From: Polyangiaceae bacterium
GTDB taxonomy: Bacteria > Myxococcota_A > Polyangia > Polyangiales > Polyangiaceae
Assembly: GCA_015075635.1 (NCBI GenBank)
Contig: JABTUA010000002.1
Coordinates: 1,738,708-1,802,707, forward strand
Length of the DNA: 64,000 nt
Direction of reading: 5' to 3'
This document shows positions 62,001 through 64,000 of the stretch, in pieces (the stretch's first letter is position 1; each line of letters starts with the position of its first letter). The position numbers and the translations under genes were made by a program. The notes beneath the pieces were generated by a model that had not been told where the DNA came from, did not search any database, and saw nothing but the letters and a program-made list of their open reading frames with translations.

Positions 62001-64000
62001 TCGTTCGCGCAGGCCATCTTCAGCGAGCTGACTGACCGTTACTACTCGCTGCAAGCGCTCGCGCTCGCGACCATCGAAGAAGACCCCGACACGGCGTTCA
62101 TGATCTTCGATGACTTCCCGACCGTCGGTCTCGACGCTGACGCGCAGAAGGTCCTCTTCCGTGCGTGGCTTCGCCAGCATCTCGAGCGGCGCTCGTTCAG
62201 CCCCAACGGTGCCGAAACGCGCGAGCTCGGTGAAGGATGGGCACACCCGCAAGGCATCAACGCCACGCGCTTCGAGCATGTCCTTCCCAACCGCTTCGAC
62301 CAGTACCTCGCCCACGTTCTAGGTGGCGATGCCGCCAAGGTCGAAGCTGTGAGCAAGTGGTTCCAGCATTTTGTGCGCGACAAGGGCCTGTTGCACTTCG
62401 AGAGCGACCTCTACTACCTGCGTCTTGAGGGCTTGAGCCTGAACCTTCGGCTCGACTCCAACTGGCTGCGCTGCCAGGACTGCGCGCGCATTCATCCCGA
62501 GGCGCTGGCCAATGCGTGCCCCGCGTGCTTGGGCGCCGTCGTCGATGTCGATCCCGACTACCTCGACGCCCGCACCGGGTTCTACAGGCAGCAGATGCAG
62601 CGAGCCTTCGATGAGCGCGCGATCGAGCCCTTCGGTCTCTTGGCGGCAGAGCACTCTGCACAGCTCACGGGCCAGCCCGACGAGAGCGCCTTCAACAAGG
62701 TCGAGGAGTACGAGCTGCGCTTCCAGGACGTGCCGCTCGACAACCTGCCGCCGATCGACGTGCTGAGCTGCACGACGACGATGGAGGTCGGCATCGACAT
62801 CGGCGCGCTCTCCGGCGTTGCGCTGCGCAACGTGCCGCCTCACGTCGCGAACTACCAGCAGCGGGCAGGTCGTGCGGGCCGTCGTGGCCGCTCGATCGCG
62901 TCGGTCATCACCTACGCCCACGGCACCTCTCACGACGCTCACTTCTTTGACCACCCTGAGCAGATCATCTCGGGCGACGTACACGCGCCGGTCGTCTACG
63001 TCGAGAACCAGCAGGTGCTTGCGCGGCACGTGCACGCCTATCTCGTGCAGCGCTTCTTCCATGAGCGCGTGCCACCGGACCCTACCAGCTACGATCTGTT
63101 CGGCTCCCTGGGGTCGGTTGAGCAGTTCCTCTCCGAGGCGCACCCTTGCTCGCTGCTCAAGCTCGAAGCGTGGCTCGATGAGAACGCCGACGTTCTGCAG
63201 CGTGAGCTCGCGGGTTGGGTGCCCGCGTTCAGCTTCGGCCTCAACGAGCCCATCGCCGAGGTCGAGGGCACAATCCGTGAAGCAATCCCCAACGCCAAGA
63301 GGCGCATTCGCGACGTGCTCCCGGTCGCGGAATACGCGGCCCGTGAGAGTCTCCCCGACCTCGAACGCGAGTCGCTCGAACGCCGCCTTGGCGAGCAACT
63401 CCTCGACACGCTCATCTGTCAAGCGGTCTTCCCGCGCTATGCGTTCCCGACGGACGTCGTGACGTTCTGGGTCTCGAAGCCTAGGCAACAAGGCGACGCT
63501 CCCAACAAGCGGACCTTCGACTACGAACCGCAGCGCGACCTTCAGCTTGCACTCACCGAGTACGCGCCCGGCCGAAGCCTCACCATCGACAAATGGCGCT
63601 TCGAGTCGGCGGCGCTCTACTCGCCCTATGAGCCGAGCCCAGCGCACACGATCCAGCGGCAGCGGCCGTACACGTCGTGCAGCGATTGCTCGTGGGCGAC
63701 GATGGACGGCTCGATGGCGCAAGCCACGCTGTGCCCGGTGTGCGGAAGCGACCAGCTCACGCGGACCGCGTTCATCACGCCAGCAGGCTTCGCACCGGAC
63801 CTAAACGCCAAGCGCGAGGTCGATCGCGGTCAGGCCATCAGCTACGCGGGCATGACCGACCGCGCGCGGCTCGAACCGCAGGACCCACCCTCGGCGTGGG
63901 CGGAGGGCTGCGACGGCCGCCTCCTGCGGTGGACCGGCCCGCGCCGCCTCGTGATGGTCAACAAGGGCGTCGGCCAGCGTGGCTTCCGCGTGTGCCCCGA
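59091..64000 (+). CDS. DEAH helicase fused to a DUF1998 zinc-ribbon domain (DruE-like / fused DrmA-DrmB-like), 3' end outside the window
   Basis: I translated the frame myself. It is absent from the ORF track because it has no stop in the window. Motifs seen are VATGTGSGKTECFLVP, LVLDEAHMYRG, IATSASLG, TTTMEVGIDIG, NYQQRAGRAGRRG, the DUF1998-like LALTEYAPGRSLTIDKWRF, and CSDC...CPVCGS at 63678-63746. Confidence 0.85.
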   Translation, partial: MSNVNLHNYADEGRLVDADIVGFLRKKLDKGDKLDFTNIVEVADAVLDALFDGWSPEQVAEVIAELSPAADRALAAWSDRAGGKVTKAEKTTRKATVRKPAQSPRPPSVLERDPTGDERFTPTRLVRRLQEALQGYIESAYPLNDPTLVRSRRRLLKEEAGGHLLAQEPYIETTTRYATSKATYGDIGFTPEIAGFFSKLAKTPSAQSTPEDERTVLLPSIYMHQERAFREFLVERKDIVVATGTGSGKTECFLVPMLGSLYDEAVRSPRTFEQPGVRALILYPMNALVNDQLSRLRLLLGDPAVADAFKGLGKDRRFPRFGMYTGRTPYPGPRTTSRDGERVKPLLDYYLGLPPEVEERLRRLGRYPAKDLRAFYAQNEARRKTYQSGKRTGQEYTDHNWERRLHTGAADRELLTRQEMVHGAGSRPGHAPDVLVTNYSMLEYMLMRPFERPIFAETKGWLDRDGTQLLLVLDEAHMYRGAKGAEVAFLIRRLRARLGIHDRPDKLRVIATSASLGEGAAAVDAVKRFAADITGKRPESFEAITGTREVPTPASPAPKDVADTLASLDLDGINEALDAPALREKLAPLLPASIATDASENEVLAALHAALKNKPWVNQLVKEAAGHAVAVSELAPRVFPGHPEARRALEALLTVSTLARNKADEPGLVPTRVHGLFRGLHGLYACVNPQCGGRQSEPGEQAILGKLFTTPSAVCDACGCRVFEIASCRDCGSPYLLAYSQEESLDRLSFLWGETEGALFRLQLLPTAPRYTDRTEIVRLHLRTGYLDTGNRFPDDEVRNLALWLDSDGKREASFDRCAMCQPSANARSRIHDFRTRGEQPFTALIEAQFAEQPPQKKDRRLPNHGRKVLVFSDGRQKAARLAPALEHSHARDLFRQVVALAAHELRDKAGMSAMQYLYPAVVHLCAQRGYDLFPAADESEFHNHLKQANGRSLAEVRKLADRGMLRATRSFAQAIFSELTDRYYSLQALALATIEEDPDTAFMIFDDFPTVGLDADAQKVLFRAWLRQHLERRSFSPNGAETRELGEGWAHPQGINATRFEHVLPNRFDQYLAHVLGGDAAKVEAVSKWFQHFVRDKGLLHFESDLYYLRLEGLSLNLRLDSNWLRCQDCARIHPEALANACPACLGAVVDVDPDYLDARTGFYRQQMQRAFDERAIEPFGLLAAEHSAQLTGQPDESAFNKVEEYELRFQDVPLDNLPPIDVLSCTTTMEVGIDIGALSGVALRNVPPHVANYQQRAGRAGRRGRSIASVITYAHGTSHDAHFFDHPEQIISGDVHAPVVYVENQQVLARHVHAYLVQRFFHERVPPDPTSYDLFGSLGSVEQFLSEAHPCSLLKLEAWLDENADVLQRELAGWVPAFSFGLNEPIAEVEGTIREAIPNAKRRIRDVLPVAEYAARESLPDLERESLERRLGEQLLDTLICQAVFPRYAFPTDVVTFWVSKPRQQGDAPNKRTFDYEPQRDLQLALTEYAPGRSLTIDKWRFESAALYSPYEPSPAHTIQRQRPYTSCSDCSWATMDGSMAQATLCPVCGSDQLTRTAFITPAGFAPDLNAKREVDRGQAISYAGMTDRARLEPQDPPSAWAEGCDGRLLRWTGPRRLVMVNKGVGQRGFRVCP

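Noticed and set aside
61165-63462. Plus-strand alternative-frame ORFs of 254 aa (61165-61929) and 214 aa (62818-63462) listed in the track
   Set aside because: Both lie inside the helicase-DUF1998 gene, which is open from 59091 to the window end, and both are Ser/Arg/Ala/Thr-rich. The helicase motifs V/VI and the zinc ribbons are in the other frame.

Overview
This is a 64-kb, very GC-rich bacterial chromosome segment. By eye it is roughly 70% G+C with a strong G/C third-codon-position bias, which produces many long spurious antisense ORFs. The gene content points to a myxobacterium-like host, but that is inference only: many Cys-rich lipoproteins, a Hanks-type Ser/Thr kinase, and an Mx8-style integrase/tRNA arrangement.

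Positions 1-31.8 kb look like ordinary core and envelope genes:
- a ROK kinase, a quinone oxidoreductase, an ABC-2 exporter pair, a 2Fe-2S ferredoxin, a Zn-dehydrogenase, arfB, mepA, a dtd-HIT operon, a Ser/Thr kinase, a DUF420 protein, an EamA transporter, outer-membrane proteins and argJ;
- a clear cobalamin riboswitch driving a lipoprotein plus TonB-dependent receptor operon, placed divergently from a B12-binding radical SAM gene.

A tRNA-Thr(CGU) sits at 31798-31872. From there to the window end lies an integrated element. It carries a tyrosine integrase whose ORF reads antisense through the tRNA, an excisionase-like HTH and a Cro-like HTH. Its cargo is dominated by defence-type genes:
- a TcmP/DUF5131/unknown operon on the minus strand;
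- a plus-strand operon of at least 26.8 kb and nine genes in which every junction overlaps by 1-8 nt.

The nine genes in order are an SNF2 helicase, a 1340-aa NPPY N6-adenine methyltransferase with a type-ISP-like C-terminus, McrB, McrC, an S24 (LexA-like) protein, a GHKL/sacsin-like ATPase, a 327-aa unknown, a RelE-like/UvrD-like helicase fusion, and a helicase-DUF1998 giant of more than 1636 aa (DruE / fused DrmA-DrmB-like) that runs off the window.

The S24 and GHKL proteins share a roughly 553-aa paralogous C-terminal module that I cannot assign to any family. This central block is the best candidate for an undescribed system.

I saw no rRNA and no CRISPR array. All family assignments come from motif reading by eye; no database search was possible.
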